Of a stretch of DNA of 25,003 nucleotides, positions 22,932 to 25,003 are shown piece by piece; the first letter of the stretch is position 1, and every line of letters begins with the position of its first letter. A model generated the notes under the pieces. The model did no database searches. It was not told where the DNA came from and saw only the letters and a list, made by a program, of their open reading frames with translations. Origin of the DNA: a virus (lineage: Duplodnaviria; Caudoviricetes); IMG/VR virus record IMGVR_UViG_3300020477_000120, positions 1 through 25,003 of that record; one strand, written 5' to 3'. The translations under genes and the position numbers were made by a program.

Positions 22932-25003
22932 TCATGCAAAGGCCATGTAAATAATTGTTTCATTATTCCCATTAATTTCCCCATTATTTGTGTTTATGCT
23001 AACACCTTTATCGCTTCCGCTAGTATACCAAGTGATTGCATTAGAATTTCCTGAACCAAAATATGTTGTGTTATTACCATCGTCATCATCAGTTGTGTTA
23101 GCAAATAAAGGAGGTTGCATACTGTGACCCGTGTTATTGGAAGCCCCAGCATCAGTAGCTCTATTGGATCGGTAAAAATCGTACATATGCCAATTACCAC
23201 TATTATCAGCACGTTTTAGAATTATTAATTTAGGATGCCAACCAAGAACTAAATTGTATGCACTACCGTTTCCTGTAAATGATCCAAACGCACTCACGCC
23301 TGACACGGCTTTCCATGCGTACATGATGTAATTTCTGCCGTTCCTTCCTGTTTGTGGTGTATCCCCAAGAGTAACTGCGTGTTGCGTGTGACCTTGGTAG
23401 TTATCTGGCCCCCACATAATATCAGCACCTTCGGAACCATTATCATTTAAGTTTAAAAATCCTGTGGTGGTGCTTGATAGGTTTTTATGCCAAACCGCCC
23501 AATCTGTTGCGTTATCAAGATCCTTTATTAAGATCCAATCTGGGGTTCCTACTAAACCATGGCATAAATAAAATGGTGACGATGGTGAGGTTAATGCTGT
23601 ATTAACATAATATTTAGTTATTGAAAATTTACCTTCACTATTAACACTCTGTTTTACATTAGTAATGCGTGTGTGGTAATTATTAGCCCCCTCAGTATCA
23701 CTTGAAACTAAAGAAACTTCAGTTGAACTATTGTCCACTCTTCTTTTCCCATCCCCACTAGGCGCACCTCCAGCCTTCCATCCCCAAGCTATTATACCTT
23801 TCCCGTCCTCGTTAACCCTGTTCTGGCTACTACAAGTGTAACCATCCGAATCAAACGATCTGATTGTTGTTGGGTTTGCTGAAGCGTCTTCTCCATTATT
23901 TGCATTTGAAGCAAGTTGTTTCCCTGTTCCTCTGACTGTGTCATACAATCCATGCCAATCAGCATTGTTTTCACGATTCTTACTCCATATTAAGTCTGGA
24001 GCAAAACCATACCCTGTGATTGAACGAGTCGAAGTCCCATTTCCTTCATACCTTCGTGCATTAAACAGAACAGGCTCACCTCCTGCTTTCTGTGTAATAC
24101 TTACAGCACCTACGCCATTACTTTCGTTTACTTCTGTGATCCGTTTGTCATCAGTATTTGCTTTAGCTTGTATCCGAATATTTGAAGTAGTGGTGTCAGA
24201 AGTAACAGAGTCTGTGAGTGTCCCTGTGATATGAGCAGTCATCGCAGATACAGAAGCTCCATTAGGATCGGTAGCACCAGAAGTACCACCATCGGTCAGC
24301 GTTAGTCCTAATCCTGAAAGCAGACTAGATGTTTCACTGAAAGCAACGTCTGCGGTTGTGGTAACAGGATTCTCACCATTGCTGTCATAGGTGACATTGG
24401 TTGCAGACCCAGTAATAGTAATCGTTCCTACGGATGGGTTTTGGGGGAAGTAGGCTCCGTAGATTTTGGTGGGGAGTGTGTATGCGTTAGTTGTGCTTTC
24501 TGAACTACTGTATAAAGTAACACCTTTCTGAAACCTAACACCATCAATATACCCTTTAAACTCAGAACCACTTGAGTAAGAATGTTTACCAATAAAATAA
24601 TTAGAAGTTAAACCATTAGATTCGTTGTCAGTAGCCTTTACTTGATATTTACCATTAATGTATATCCTATGAACGCCACTTGTGTCTCTTGTTAGTGCGA
24701 TGTGGCTCCATTGATTAAGAGGAATAGATGTATTTGTCCCACTACTGGTTGAAATGTTTATTGATGCACTCCCACTATTGGTATATAGAGTCAACCCATT
24801 AGTACCATAGTAAAACAGTAATGTTCTATTAGATGAACCAGTTCCTTGCATATAGAGTGCGTGACCATTACTAGTATCCCCCTCGGTTGGATAAATCCAC
24901 ATATCTATGGAATAAGCCTGGCTCGCCACACCATAATTTAACTCTGCGTTATACGGAATTTCTAAGTAATCCCCATCACCATCAAAATAAACCCCAGCAC
25001 TTC
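22932..25003 (-). CDS. Tail fibre / receptor-binding protein with a LamG (ConA-like) domain; 5' end truncated by the window
   Basis: The frame is open to the window edge (SAGVYFDGDGDYLEIP...). LamG motifs WIYP, NQWSHIALTR, IYING, FKGYIDGVR; C-terminal module YEGNG..RSITGYGFAPDLIW.KNR ... IYMAFA typical of aquatic phage fibres. Confidence 0.85.
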   Translation of the reverse strand, partial: SAGVYFDGDGDYLEIPYNAELNYGVASQAYSIDMWIYPTEGDTSNGHALYMQGTGSSNRTLLFYYGTNGLTLYTNSGSASINISTSSGTNTSIPLNQWSHIALTRDTSGVHRIYINGKYQVKATDNESNGLTSNYFIGKHSYSSGSEFKGYIDGVRFQKGVTLYSSSESTTNAYTLPTKIYGAYFPQNPSVGTITITGSATNVTYDSNGENPVTTTADVAFSETSSLLSGLGLTLTDGGTSGATDPNGASVSAMTAHITGTLTDSVTSDTTTSNIRIQAKANTDDKRITEVNESNGVGAVSITQKAGGEPVLFNARRYEGNGTSTRSITGYGFAPDLIWSKNRENNADWHGLYDTVRGTGKQLASNANNGEDASANPTTIRSFDSDGYTCSSQNRVNEDGKGIIAWGWKAGGAPSGDGKRRVDNSSTEVSLVSSDTEGANNYHTRITNVKQSVNSEGKFSITKYYVNTALTSPSSPFYLCHGLVGTPDWILIKDLDNATDWAVWHKNLSSTTTGFLNLNDNGSEGADIMWGPDNYQGHTQHAVTLGDTPQTGRNGRNYIMYAWKAVSGVSAFGSFTGNGSAYNLVLGWHPKLIILKRADNSGNWHMYDFYRSNRATDAGASNNTGHSMQPPLFANTTDDDDGNNTTYFGSGNSNAITWYTSGSDKGVSINTNNGEINGNNETIIYMAFA

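Noticed and set aside
1753-24234. Numerous + strand ORFs in the track (e.g. 2640..3044, 3159..3686, 13998..14372, 16491..16955, 17828..18274)
   Set aside because: They are antisense shadows of well-supported - strand genes, RNAs or the terminal region, with no RBS or recognisable motifs; the genome is transcribed unidirectionally.

Overview
This window is about 25 kb of a T7-like (Autographiviridae-type) podophage genome, probably aquatic, with essentially all genes on the - strand. It appears to span the genome-end junction at about 17.8-18.35 kb. Reading the - strand from 25003 to 1: LamG-domain tail fibre; holin-like membrane genes; M15 peptidase endolysin; terS; a half-size Na+/Pi cotransporter; terL; the terminal non-coding region; an early region of small genes, each with its own consensus sigma70 promoter and RNA stem-loops, including an HhH DNA-glycosylase-like gene; a cluster of tRNA-Tyr, two unexplained structured RNAs and tRNA-Trp; then single-subunit RNA polymerase, SSB, endonuclease I, amidase, primase-helicase, DNA polymerase A, exonuclease, DUF3310 and class II RNR; and finally a gp6.5-like gene and an alternating array of Gly-N-terminal putative virion proteins and GNAT-like proteins. 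The best novelty candidates are (1) the tRNA-punctuated ncRNA cassette, (2) the GNAT/MGG-protein alternation, (3) the single-repeat Na/Pi transporter in the packaging module and (4) host-type promoters embedded throughout the replication module. All family calls come from motif recognition by eye; no database searches were run.
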